A DNA stretch of 64,000 bases from a virus, in the IMG/VR virus record IMGVR_UViG_3300030109_004085, positions 1 through 64,000 of that record; one strand, 5' to 3'. The notes under the pieces were generated by a model, which saw only the letters and a list, made by a program, of their open reading frames with translations, searched no databases and was not told the DNA's origin. Of this stretch, positions 33,812 through 42,769 are shown in pieces. Numbering within the stretch: position 1 is the first letter of the stretch; every line of letters begins with the position of its first letter. The position numbers and the translations under genes were made by a program.

Positions 33812-36226
33812 TTATCCGCACTTTGCGTAGCCGCACACCGTGCAAGTCACGCAACCCTCAACATATATTAGGCCATCGGCATCACACTCAGGACAAGTCT
33901 TTTCAGTTGCTTCTTGTCCATCGGGAATGTAATTCTTAAGGATACGAGCGATACACTTTGAGAACGAGAACATATCAGAGTCCTTGTCTTTTTGTAATTG
34001 CTCTACAACATACTGAATGTTTGCTCCGTGGCGCAGGCCAAGTGAAATCATACGAGTGAAGGCGCTATGGTTTGCGTTGTCAAATACCTTAACGAGGTCC
34101 TTGATGATAACAGTATCACCATTTGTACCGACGCGCAAGTCATAAATAGAATTTACAGTTTTTCGTGGGTTCTTAACAAGAACTCCCTTTGCTTTGCCTC
34201 TCGGAATCTCGATAAGGTTTGAAAGTCCTCCCATGACCTCGTACGGCTTGTCGCCAAGAAGTCCGACCATAACAACCCACTTTTCACCCTTAATGGTGGT
34301 ATGGTGGATATTACACTCCAACTCCAAGGGACGCTTTGGCGCCCGGTGTTGAGGGAATGTCTCTTCCGCTTCTTTATCGTCCTCGGTCAACAAAACACCA
34401 GTTCGGGAACCATCAACATATACAGTGATGCCCTTGAGTCCCATTTCCCAGCCTTGCTGATATAATTTGCCAACAACTTCCGGGGCGGTGCCCTTTGGAA
34501 GGTTGATTGTGGAACTAATAGAATGATCAATAGACTTTTGAATTGCCGCCTGAATGGCCACTCGCTGTGACCAGTCGATAGAATCGGACTCCACAAAGAA
34601 ATCTGGAATGTCTTCAGTTTCTAATAATTTAAGATACTCGCGGACATTGTGATGGAACACCTTATATTCCAACCAACGATCTCCTAGCTCATCTACAAAG
34701 TCAGGCGTGACATCTGTCTCATTATGCGACAGTTTGCGGCGGCGAATGTAGTAGTTCTTAAATACGGGCTCCAAACCAGATGAAGTCTGTGACATAATAG
34801 AAACAGAACCAGTAGGAGCGTTCGTCAGAATAGAAATGTTACGACGACCATGAGTTTGAATTAAAGCCTGTATTTCATCGGGAAGGCGCTGGATGTAGGC
34901 GTTGTTGCTTTCCAGTTCCCAATCAAATACCGGGAATGCTCCACGCTCTTGTGCAAGGTAGCAACTTTCAGTGTAAGCGGTGTCTCTAACGGTCTCATAG
35001 ATTTTATCAATCAAAGCCAAAGCCTCGTCTGAGTCATAGGCAAGGTTCATTCGAGCGATAGCGTCTGCAAGACCGTGAGTCCCAAGACCAGTTCTGCGGC
35101 CATTTGCGGCTGCATTATAAAGTTTAGTCCATAGTTCCTTTTCATCATCTGAATCGGCAACGGCGCGGATGTTTTCTAACTTTTCTAGCTCCAATTCCAC
35201 AAGGTTGTCTGAAAGTCGCATACCAACAGCCGCTATCTCCTGCAGTTTGTTATAATCAAACACCGCGAGGTCCGTAAAGGGCTCCAAAACAAGATGCTTG
35301 AGATTCAGAGAAATAAGACGACAAGAATCATAAGCAGAAAGTGGGATTTCTCCACAGGGGTTGGTAGTCTTCGTTTGAAACTGTGGATAAGAGTGTGCCG
35401 GTAGGTTATTGATGATATTATCCCACATAAGAAGTCCGGGCTCTGCCGTCTTAGTGGCTGACTCTACAATGTCGTTCCAAAGCTCTACGGCGTTGATAGA
35501 GCTAATATGCGTTGGAGTCTCGGCATCTACCGGGAAACGAAGTGTAAACTCCTCTCCGTCCCTCACAGCCTCCATAAAGTCGTCTGTAATCTTTACAGAA
35601 ACGTTGGCGCCCGTAACCTTAGTCAGATCGTGCTTCATCTTTACAAATTCTTGAATGTCCGGGTGACGAACGTCCATAGAAATCATAAGGGCTCCCCGAC
35701 GACCATTCTGTCCGATCATCCGACAAACGTAAGAATAAAAATCAGCAAAAGACCAAGCCCCAGTTGTAGTGCGAGCAGAGTTGTTAACGGGAGCACCCTC
35801 GGGGCGCAAATCAGAAATATCAAGCCCAACCCCACAACGGCGCTTAAACAAGTTAGCAATGTCTTTGCCAGCATCCATAATAGAAGAAATGGAGTCTTTA
35901 GGATTCTCCACGACAACGCAGTTAGATAGTGATACATTAACATAATCATTTCCAATCCCCATCATGGGCGAACCCTGTGGGACAATATATTTGAAGTCCT
36001 TTAAGTAAGAGTAGATTTCTGATTCAGTCGGGTGGTCTCCACCGAACTTTTCTTCCATCCGAGCGAATTCGCTAGCGATGCGGAGATGCATCTCATCGGG
36101 GGTCTTTTCAACATAATTCCCCTTATTGTCGCGAAGACAATATTTCGTCATAAAAACGTTTGTTGCGAGTTCATCGCCATCAAAATAATCGAGCGTGGCC
36201 TCTCTTACTTCACCTTCATTATACAT
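33812..36226 (-). CDS. nrdJ: class II (B12-dependent) ribonucleotide reductase
   Basis: SLSNC, RRGA.M, TNPCGE, APTGS, G.KGIT.Y..GSR, C-terminal TSCPD/Zn ribbon. Confidence 0.85.
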   Translation of the reverse strand: MYNEGEVREATLDYFDGDELATNVFMTKYCLRDNKGNYVEKTPDEMHLRIASEFARMEEKFGGDHPTESEIYSYLKDFKYIVPQGSPMMGIGNDYVNVSLSNCVVVENPKDSISSIMDAGKDIANLFKRRCGVGLDISDLRPEGAPVNNSARTTTGAWSFADFYSYVCRMIGQNGRRGALMISMDVRHPDIQEFVKMKHDLTKVTGANVSVKITDDFMEAVRDGEEFTLRFPVDAETPTHISSINAVELWNDIVESATKTAEPGLLMWDNIINNLPAHSYPQFQTKTTNPCGEIPLSAYDSCRLISLNLKHLVLEPFTDLAVFDYNKLQEIAAVGMRLSDNLVELELEKLENIRAVADSDDEKELWTKLYNAAANGRRTGLGTHGLADAIARMNLAYDSDEALALIDKIYETVRDTAYTESCYLAQERGAFPVFDWELESNNAYIQRLPDEIQALIQTHGRRNISILTNAPTGSVSIMSQTSSGLEPVFKNYYIRRRKLSHNETDVTPDFVDELGDRWLEYKVFHHNVREYLKLLETEDIPDFFVESDSIDWSQRVAIQAAIQKSIDHSISSTINLPKGTAPEVVGKLYQQGWEMGLKGITVYVDGSRTGVLLTEDDKEAEETFPQHRAPKRPLELECNIHHTTIKGEKWVVMVGLLGDKPYEVMGGLSNLIEIPRGKAKGVLVKNPRKTVNSIYDLRVGTNGDTVIIKDLVKVFDNANHSAFTRMISLGLRHGANIQYVVEQLQKDKDSDMFSFSKCIARILKNYIPDGQEATEKTCPECDADGLIYVEGCVTCTVCGYAKCG

Positions 36227-36228
36227 TG

Positions 36229-37617
36229 TTAATTTTCTCCTTTGTTCTTCTTGAAATTCTTGTATTTTTCTGCAAGTGATTGCTTTTGCTTTTTAGCATT
36301 CACTTCCACATTCTCATCCTCCTCAGATGGCTCCAAAACCTTGATACTGACTGTGCTCGTATCCATAAAAATAGGAAATACAAGCCCATCAGGTCCATTT
36401 CTGTTCTTTGCCACAAAAACCCTTCCACCGTTCGCAACCTTATCATCCACAGTTCTTGAGACTGTGAAAATAAAGTCAGAAACAAAACATTTGTTGAACG
36501 CTTCGGAGATCGCCTCCATCGTGATAACCTCGGCATTCAAGCCAGACCTGTTAGTCTGTGAAGCCGTCCAGATGGGGCATTTCACCTCTGCCGCAATACC
36601 GCGGAGTTCTTCGTAAATAGTCTCTAGCTCATTTCTCTTCTCTCTTTGAGTACGAACCGGACGAAGCAGATCAGCATAATCTACGATAATCATATCAACG
36701 TTGATATCGCGCATCTTTAACTTTTCAAGGTGCGTCTTAATTGTGTGAGTTGTCGCAGACTTTGTTGGGTATTCCTTAACAATAAGGCGACCTTCAATAT
36801 CCTGGACCTCTTCATAAATCTTCTCTTTGAACGACATAAGATTACCCAAAGGCACCTTCGTCAGACATGAATCATAACGAGACGCGATAACCGTATCCTG
36901 AAGTTCTAGGGTATAATGAACAACGGTTTTACCAGCCTTTAGTGCTTGCGTGCCAAGGTGAACGAGCACCATTGATTTACCAGCACCGGTCGGGGCAATA
37001 ACAACACCAAGCTCCTTCTGTCCCAGACCGCCCTTAGAGATATTATCAATTAGATCCCAACCAGTTGAAATAGGGTTGCGGAAACGAGGCTTGAAGCGTT
37101 CTTCAAAGTCCTTCTTCCAGTCATAACCCTCGTCATTGTTCATACCAAGTCTTAGCGAGTCATTAATAACTTGCGAGATCTCATCATATGAAGAGTTCTG
37201 GAGCAGTCCGATGGACTTGACCATTGCAGACTTGAGATTCTGCTTTTTACAGAAGTCAAGCGACGTATCTTTGATATACTCTACGTCTGTAAGATTTGCG
37301 ATTTGTGAGCGTACATAAAACTCACGCACTTGTTTCGCAGTTAGTTCGTTCTCGCCATCTAGATCGGAGCGCAAGATAGTCTTCATAATATCACGGGATG
37401 GGTGGACCCCATACTTCTCGCGATAAGAGAAAACCTTCGTTAAAAAGAGTTTTAGGTAGTTTAACTCCAAAAAGTTAATATCAAGGACTTCTTCAATCTG
37501 GTCTGCAAATGAACGATCGTCTAGGATCACCATACAAAGCTTTTCTTGAAAGGACTTGCCATACTTTGAAAAGTTGGCGTTTTCGTTTTTACCGATAATA
37601 GTTTGATTCATAGCCAT
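36229..37617 (-). CDS. replicative DNA helicase (DnaB/T4 gp41-like)
   Basis: APTGAGKS, TLE, IVKEYPT, IVDYAD, TASQ.NR, KNR.G; real start may be ATG 37611. Confidence 0.9.
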   Translation of the reverse strand: MAMNQTIIGKNENANFSKYGKSFQEKLCMVILDDRSFADQIEEVLDINFLELNYLKLFLTKVFSYREKYGVHPSRDIMKTILRSDLDGENELTAKQVREFYVRSQIANLTDVEYIKDTSLDFCKKQNLKSAMVKSIGLLQNSSYDEISQVINDSLRLGMNNDEGYDWKKDFEERFKPRFRNPISTGWDLIDNISKGGLGQKELGVVIAPTGAGKSMVLVHLGTQALKAGKTVVHYTLELQDTVIASRYDSCLTKVPLGNLMSFKEKIYEEVQDIEGRLIVKEYPTKSATTHTIKTHLEKLKMRDINVDMIIVDYADLLRPVRTQREKRNELETIYEELRGIAAEVKCPIWTASQTNRSGLNAEVITMEAISEAFNKCFVSDFIFTVSRTVDDKVANGGRVFVAKNRNGPDGLVFPIFMDTSTVSIKVLEPSEEDENVEVNAKKQKQSLAEKYKNFKKNKGEN

Positions 37618-37646
37618 ATCTTACTCTTCTCTCAGTGCTTTGTCAA
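37618..37646 (-). promoter_or_regulatory. sigma70-type promoter in 3' end of exonuclease gene
   Basis: TTGACA-N17-TAAGAT, in-frame ATG 6 nt downstream. Confidence 0.65.
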
Positions 37647-38589
37647 TACAAATTTTGTTCATAGTGCTGTGCAGATCCTCCCAGTTAAAGACACCAAAGC
37701 CATCCTGATTCATCATACGAAGAATCTCGGTTTTGTTGTAATCGTGCTCAAAGTTGTTTAGTGCGTAGTGTACCTTTTCTTGACTCTGCAACGAGATGGC
37801 TGGAGCATACAGTTGCATAAGTTTATAGTTACTTATAACTATGTCTTTGTGCTCTAAAATGTTCGTGAAAAACTTTGCTTTTGAGTCGATATTCTCGCAA
37901 AAATCGAAAACCTCGTGTAAAGTCACATCTTTATCTTCTCTCAGAAAATTAAGATTTTTTGCGATGGACTTAAGACCAGCACGAGGAACACCCACAAGAT
38001 TGTCGGATGCATCGCCAGCGATGGCCCGGGCAAGAGCAAAGTTACGAGGGTGGATATTGAAATCATCAACCACATTTAGCTTATTATGTACAATCTTCTG
38101 AGTGGGACGAAGTAATACGGTTTCGTCGTCACATAGCTGAATGAAGTCCTTATCATTGGACACAATAACTTTCTGCCACCCATCATATTGCGAGAGGCGA
38201 CTGACATAAGAGATAATGTCGTCAGCCTCAATCTCGTCAAAGCGGAACTGAATAACAGGTAATTCATTTAGATACTCGATAAGTCGTACCTGCTGCCATA
38301 CCATGTTCTCACGCTGTTGTTCGGGCGTGAGATTATTGGGTCGATTGACCCGAATGGGCTTGCGACCCTCTTTATAATTCTTGTTTTGTTGTCGACGCTT
38401 ACGTGAGCCTCCCGGCCCATCCCAGACAATTACAATACTGTCTGGGTTAATATCCCGGCAAAGCTTCTGTAGAATGCCTAGAAAACCCTTAAGACCACCA
38501 ATTGGCTGTCCGTGGATCGAAATACTTGGATTTACAATGAAAGCCCTGAAGTAAGCATTCAGAGCATCCACAATCATTACTCTTTTCAT
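37621..38589 (-). CDS. 5'-3' exonuclease / flap endonuclease (T4 RNase H-like)
   Basis: IVDALN, YKEGR, EADD, S.DKDF.QL, GDASDN..GV. Confidence 0.92.
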   Translation of the reverse strand: MKRVMIVDALNAYFRAFIVNPSISIHGQPIGGLKGFLGILQKLCRDINPDSIVIVWDGPGGSRKRRQQNKNYKEGRKPIRVNRPNNLTPEQQRENMVWQQVRLIEYLNELPVIQFRFDEIEADDIISYVSRLSQYDGWQKVIVSNDKDFIQLCDDETVLLRPTQKIVHNKLNVVDDFNIHPRNFALARAIAGDASDNLVGVPRAGLKSIAKNLNFLREDKDVTLHEVFDFCENIDSKAKFFTNILEHKDIVISNYKLMQLYAPAISLQSQEKVHYALNNFEHDYNKTEILRMMNQDGFGVFNWEDLHSTMNKICIDKALREE

Positions 38590-38625
38590 TTGTTATCCCC
38601 TAACGTAGAAAGCGACTGTGAGGTT

Positions 38626-38654
38626 ATGATACCCCACAGCCGCCGGTTTGTCAA
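38626..38654 (-). promoter_or_regulatory. sigma70-type promoter
   Basis: TTGACA-N17-TATCAT. Confidence 0.7.
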
Positions 38655-38665
38655 CCCTTATTTAC

Positions 38666-39790
38666 TTATTCTTCTTTATCTACGTCGTAGAAATCGCCTG
38701 CGTCTCCTTCGCGATTATCAAACTTCTTGATAATCTCCTCATCCATAATCTTAAATACACGATTTCTAAACTTATCATCTTCCAACTTATCTAACCAATG
38801 GGCTGACTGGAACTTTTCTTCTGTGCCATCTGCATAAACTAATGAATACCAAGCTCCTGCTTGCTTCAAATTGTCGGAGATCTTGATTGCCTCCAACCAA
38901 CTTTCCCTATCTTGCACCCCGATGTCTTCTGAGCCCCAAAGAATTTTGAAGGCGCAGTTTCTACCGGCAGTTCCAAATCGTGACTTCTCCAACTTAACTT
39001 TTACTTCTGAACCAATGCGGAAGCCACTTTCATCTACAATAAAGGCAGCCTTTGCCTTTCTTCCTGTCAGCCAAATGCGCAGGGAGTACACATAATGCAT
39101 AGACTTGCCGCCCGGAGTGATATAGGGCGTGGTCATAGCAATAATACGCGCATTTGGACCCTGTGGGATATTCGTCTTTAACTGATTAAGAACCAAGAAC
39201 GCAGACTGTGTGTTTGCGATTGGAACCGTCAGCTTTGACATTCCCTTTGATAGAACACGAGCCTTGACGGCCATCGTAGAGTTCGGGTTGAAATCTCCCT
39301 CTACATCTGAGACCGTTGGAGTCAGAGCAAGTGAATCCCAAATGAATAGGGTTCGGGTCGCTCCTGAATCCAAAACTGCCTCAACAGTCTCAAGAACATG
39401 TTCCACGCTCTGTGCCTGAACATAAATAAGGTTTTCTAAATCACATCCCGTACGCTGTAAGAAGCTCGGGTCAATAGCAGACTCTGCGTCCATATAAACA
39501 ACATTCATACCCATCTTCTGGGCGTTTGCAGCAGTCTGCGCAGCCATAAAAGACTTTCCTGTTGCTTCAAGTCCAGCAATCTCCGTAAACTTGCCGACCG
39601 GGATTCCAGCCAACTGTCCTCGGCAAATGATAGAGTCAAGCCAGCGCGAACCGGTTGGAATCCATTCTTTTACCTCAGTTGGATTTTCTTGATTTAGATT
39701 GTGGGCACACTCCACCCCTGAAGTCTTATTAATGAGACTTCGTAGACCGTCAATCGAAATCTTGCCAGCCTTTGATTTACTCTTCGCCAT
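38666..39790 (-). CDS. recA: RecA/UvsX recombinase
   Basis: IPTGS..LD, GLEATGKS, DAE, WDS, NQ, TPGG. Confidence 0.92.
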   Translation of the reverse strand: MAKSKSKAGKISIDGLRSLINKTSGVECAHNLNQENPTEVKEWIPTGSRWLDSIICRGQLAGIPVGKFTEIAGLEATGKSFMAAQTAANAQKMGMNVVYMDAESAIDPSFLQRTGCDLENLIYVQAQSVEHVLETVEAVLDSGATRTLFIWDSLALTPTVSDVEGDFNPNSTMAVKARVLSKGMSKLTVPIANTQSAFLVLNQLKTNIPQGPNARIIAMTTPYITPGGKSMHYVYSLRIWLTGRKAKAAFIVDESGFRIGSEVKVKLEKSRFGTAGRNCAFKILWGSEDIGVQDRESWLEAIKISDNLKQAGAWYSLVYADGTEEKFQSAHWLDKLEDDKFRNRVFKIMDEEIIKKFDNREGDAGDFYDVDKEE

Positions 39791-39944
39791 CTTTATTAAA
39801 CCTTTCTAAGTATTTCTTATACATTTCTTCTGCGAAATCTTTATGCAAAGCCTGAAGGGCTTGCTCAACTTCGTTTAATTGGCGCCGCAAATCTAACAGA
39901 TACCAGATTAAAAGCGCTGTCAGAGTTGCGACGACCAATATCAT
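39777..39944 (-). CDS. 55-aa TM plus coiled-coil protein (MILVVATLTALLIWYLLDLRRQL...)
   Basis: Manual translation; fills gap; not in track. Confidence 0.55.
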   Translation of the reverse strand: MILVVATLTALLIWYLLDLRRQLNEVEQALQALHKDFAEEMYKKYLERFNKDGEE

Positions 39945-39948
39945 TTTA

Positions 39949-40122
39949 TCACTCTGCGCTATCGTCGTCGTCTACAGCAGCCGAATCATCATCATCGGTG
40001 GCAGAGTCGTCGTCGTCGTCGGCGTTAGCAAGCGGACAGCCACTTAGGACCACCATTGCAAAGCCCATAATCAAGCTGAGAAACGCTGTTAGCGCAATTC
40101 TATTATTTCGTACGATCATCAT
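39949..40122 (-). CDS. 57-aa lipoprotein whose mature part is DDDDSA repeats
   Basis: MMIVRNNRIALTAFLSLIMGFAMVVLSGC-PLANADDDDDSATDDDDSAAVDDDDSAE; AAGGA SD; lipobox LSGC; not in track. Confidence 0.75.
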   Translation of the reverse strand: MMIVRNNRIALTAFLSLIMGFAMVVLSGCPLANADDDDDSATDDDDSAAVDDDDSAE

Positions 40123-40131
40123 ATATCCTTT

Positions 40132-40662
40132 CTAGTCGAACGTTAGGGTGCCGTTTGCAGTCTGGACAGAGACATTAAAGCCGGACACAAAACTATCTAC
40201 ATCAAAATACTTGAAACGACCGTCAGTGTCAAGCTCTGCGTTAAGAATATCTCCAAAACGAACCTTGACCGCGGTGGAAATATCACAACGGCCGCGCTTG
40301 TAGTCATACTGCTCGGTTGAATACTCTAGAGAATACTCTCCCTCGTAGATGGTCTCCACAAGACGTTCAGTAATGAAATCCTGGAAATACTCCTCTCCTC
40401 GCTCATACTCATCAAGCTCATTATTAGCACGCATCTCATTAAGAATATCGTTGCCTTCACTTGGCTCGCCGTAGGTGCTGTACACCGGAACACCAGATGC
40501 AAGCAGTCCTGCAAGCATACTAGCAGTCGCCGTCTCAGCAACCGAATCAGCAACATACCCATCATTGATATGCCACACATCATTACCCTCTGTGAAAGAG
40601 AGGGTTACAAAACTATCCTCTGACATCTCCAGCTTCTTTAGCTGGTTAATAAAATCACTCAT
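40132..40662 (-). CDS. acidic hypothetical protein
   Basis: GGGAG SD; D/E-rich. Confidence 0.7.
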   Translation of the reverse strand: MSDFINQLKKLEMSEDSFVTLSFTEGNDVWHINDGYVADSVAETATASMLAGLLASGVPVYSTYGEPSEGNDILNEMRANNELDEYERGEEYFQDFITERLVETIYEGEYSLEYSTEQYDYKRGRCDISTAVKVRFGDILNAELDTDGRFKYFDVDSFVSGFNVSVQTANGTLTFD

Positions 40663-40690
40663 TTTAAACTCCCTTTGTTAAGTGAAAAAT

Positions 40691-40720
40691 GGGGCACCTG
40701 TAACCCGTGCCCCCCTGCGG
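40691..40720 (-). promoter_or_regulatory. structured RNA element, copy B
   Basis: CCGCAGG-GGGGCAC-GGGUUACAG-GUGCCCC followed by AUUUUU. Confidence 0.65.
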
Positions 40721-40730
40721 TTGGTAGAGT

Positions 40731-40919
40731 TTACCTAGCGTTCTTAGTCTCTTGGACCTCAACGCGAAGCTCTTGAGCAAGCGTCTTTACTTCTTGCATA
40801 GCCTTGCGAACACGAGTTCCGGCGGCATTGTTTCCAGTGCCGAAGAACTTCTCGTGATCTTCGCGAGTCTGTTCAAGAAGCGTAATCAGCGTCTCAAGTC
40901 GGTTCGTTGTAGTAGTCAT
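40731..40919 (-). CDS. histone H1-like (Hc1-family) small protein
   Basis: D.EKF...GN.AAGTRVRK.MQE.K.LAQELR. Confidence 0.75.
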   Translation of the reverse strand: MTTTTNRLETLITLLEQTREDHEKFFGTGNNAAGTRVRKAMQEVKTLAQELRVEVQETKNAR

Positions 40920-40940
40920 AACTCTTCCTTTCTAAATTGT

Positions 40941-40971
40941 GAGACCCCTGTAACCCCGGGCCTCCCTGCGG
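40941..40971 (-). promoter_or_regulatory. structured RNA element, copy A
   Basis: CCGCAGG-GAGGCCC-GGGGUUACAG-GGGUCUC. Confidence 0.65.
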
Positions 40972-41022
40972 AGGGGATGTTTTCCAATTTTGCCTGAACT
41001 GCAAGGACTTGCTTTTCAAGGT

Positions 41023-41050
41023 ATTTTATCATTCTACGGTAAGAATGCAA
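41023..41050 (-). promoter_or_regulatory. sigma70-type promoter
   Basis: TTGCAT-N16-TAAAAT, TG extension. Confidence 0.55.
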
Positions 41051-41091
41051 CTCCTTGACAAGAAAGTCTTGTTCTTGCTCCATGGACATTT

Positions 41092-41868
41092 TTACAGAGA
41101 ACCCAACTCTGCGAATGCGGCATCGACAGAGTTAGTCTCACTGTCGCTGTTCTTATTGCCGTACTTCGTGGTCTCACTGCTAATCGCCTCTGGATCCTCG
41201 ACCTGCGAGTTAATAAAATTATCAAGCATCGTTTGGACATCAGAAGTCGACTTGCGCTCAAATAGTCCCCCGAATTCGGGAATACCATCAAGAAGCTCAG
41301 CGCACTTATCTGGAGTTAAATCCTCACAGAGAGCGGATGAACGTCGTCGTGGGACCAACTTAGTCTGGGGGAACGACGCTCCTGGGGGCTTACCGTAAGT
41401 AAGAGTCAGATCAGTGCCTGCCTCCGTATCGGTAATATCACCGTACTCAGGGTTGAGCACGAGAGAAAGAAGGTTTTCGTAAGCCATCTTGCCATAACCC
41501 CAGATACGAACTCCGAGATTTTCCTCGCCGCGGACCATCACCGGGGAGAAGAAACGCTGACGGACGAAGAGAGACTTCGCAGTCTTCTTGGAATGTTCGT
41601 CGTTGTTGTTTACACCCTCACGCCATAGCTGAGAAGCAAAATCGCACACAGGACAGTCATCACCGAAGTTACGCTTCGGACAAAGGAAGCCGCCCTTTTC
41701 TACATTGTAATGGAAATGCATTTCCTTGAAGGGGTCTCCATCAGCAGTCGGAACAATACGAATGTCCTGATCACCTTCTGAAGGCCGCCAGAAAACGGAA
41801 TCTCCACCTTTTCCCTCACCTCGCAAGGCTGAGAGCTTTTCTCGCATTTTGTCTAGATTAATACCCAT
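41092..41868 (-). CDS. single-stranded DNA-binding protein (T4 gp32-like)
   Basis: FW.P......IR..P, H..C...CPVC Zn site, DITD...G.D, acidic tail ending AFAEL. Confidence 0.8.
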   Translation of the reverse strand: MGINLDKMREKLSALRGEGKGGDSVFWRPSEGDQDIRIVPTADGDPFKEMHFHYNVEKGGFLCPKRNFGDDCPVCDFASQLWREGVNNNDEHSKKTAKSLFVRQRFFSPVMVRGEENLGVRIWGYGKMAYENLLSLVLNPEYGDITDTEAGTDLTLTYGKPPGASFPQTKLVPRRRSSALCEDLTPDKCAELLDGIPEFGGLFERKSTSDVQTMLDNFINSQVEDPEAISSETTKYGNKNSDSETNSVDAAFAELGSL

Positions 41869-41902
41869 TTTTTAATCTCCTTATTGTTGGGTTAAAGTAC
41901 GA

Positions 41903-42769
41903 TCAGCTAATATCCTGATCGTCTAAAAGTTTGTTAATATATTGTACCACAGAGGAATACCGAATGCAATAACAATATTTCTGCTCGTAACTCGTTCTGA
42001 ACACACCATACGATACATTCTTCCCCGTGTCAAGCCGAGACTTGACAAAGTTGTTGATTTTTCTGAACAGAGTGCCGTCATTCTTCAGGTCGTCCTCTCC
42101 AATACCATAGTAGTATACCACGTCCTTCGTGTTTGTCAAGGGATAAAACCACTTTTCCTTATACTGAGTGTAGTCATCGCCCTCCAGTGTTACTGCGCCT
42201 ATGGTGCAGATACGCGATAATTCAGACGGAGTGATAAAATTACCAATTACAGGTTCTGAATGTCTAAACACATTAGTCATATGAATAATATTTACGATTG
42301 CTTGGTTCAGAGTGTCATAATAACCAATAATCGACATATCACCAATGCTTCGCTCAATGTAAGCGTTATTAACCATAATAATTTGCTCCAACATACCCGA
42401 ACGAGCATATTCCTGCAACACAGAGGATACAATTTTCTCTTGCTTCTTCTGAACCTCGGACATAATCGAGAGGTCGCCCTCAATATACAAAACAGTCAGT
42501 CTGTTCTTTTGAAGTTGCTCCAACAGTCGTAGTGAGCCGCCAGAAATCTTACCTGCGCCAGCAATAACAACCAATACATCCTCATCTTTAAACTTTAGCT
42601 TCCTCTTAAGATCCGGGAATGAACTATCGTACTCTTCGTGGTTCTTTTTAGCTTTAATTGTGATATCAGCGTCTGGGTTGGCATCGATACCATAAGTTTG
42701 GTATTGCGGAAACTTTGAGAAAGCCTTCGCTATGTTGCAACCAGCCTTGCCAAGGCCAACCACGATCAT
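41903..42769 (-). CDS. divergent tubulin/FtsZ-family protein
   Basis: VVGLGKAGCNIA (T1 loop), GID, AGAGKISG (degenerate GGGTGSG), V.N, Y..LN..I; ATGA overlap gives start 42769. Confidence 0.6.
   Translation of the reverse strand: MIVVGLGKAGCNIAKAFSKFPQYQTYGIDANPDADITIKAKKNHEEYDSSFPDLKRKLKFKDEDVLVVIAGAGKISGGSLRLLEQLQKNRLTVLYIEGDLSIMSEVQKKQEKIVSSVLQEYARSGMLEQIIMVNNAYIERSIGDMSIIGYYDTLNQAIVNIIHMTNVFRHSEPVIGNFITPSELSRICTIGAVTLEGDDYTQYKEKWFYPLTNTKDVVYYYGIGEDDLKNDGTLFRKINNFVKSRLDTGKNVSYGVFRTSYEQKYCYCIRYSSVVQYINKLLDDQDIS

Noticed and set aside
27559-39790. Inteins or introns in dnaE, nrdJ, helicase or recA
   Set aside because: Lengths are normal, motifs are contiguous and no intein HN-(C/S/T) junctions or LAGLIDADG blocks are evident
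40691-40971. c-di-GMP-I riboswitch or CRISPR repeats
   Set aside because: Shares only GGGUUAC; lacks the GGCAAA/GCAAA junction and two-stem architecture; only two non-identical copies separated by a gene
41903-42769. Nucleus-forming (chimallin) phage
   Set aside because: No chimallin or phage multisubunit RNAP recognisable in this window, and promoters are host sigma70-type; cannot be excluded for the rest of the genome
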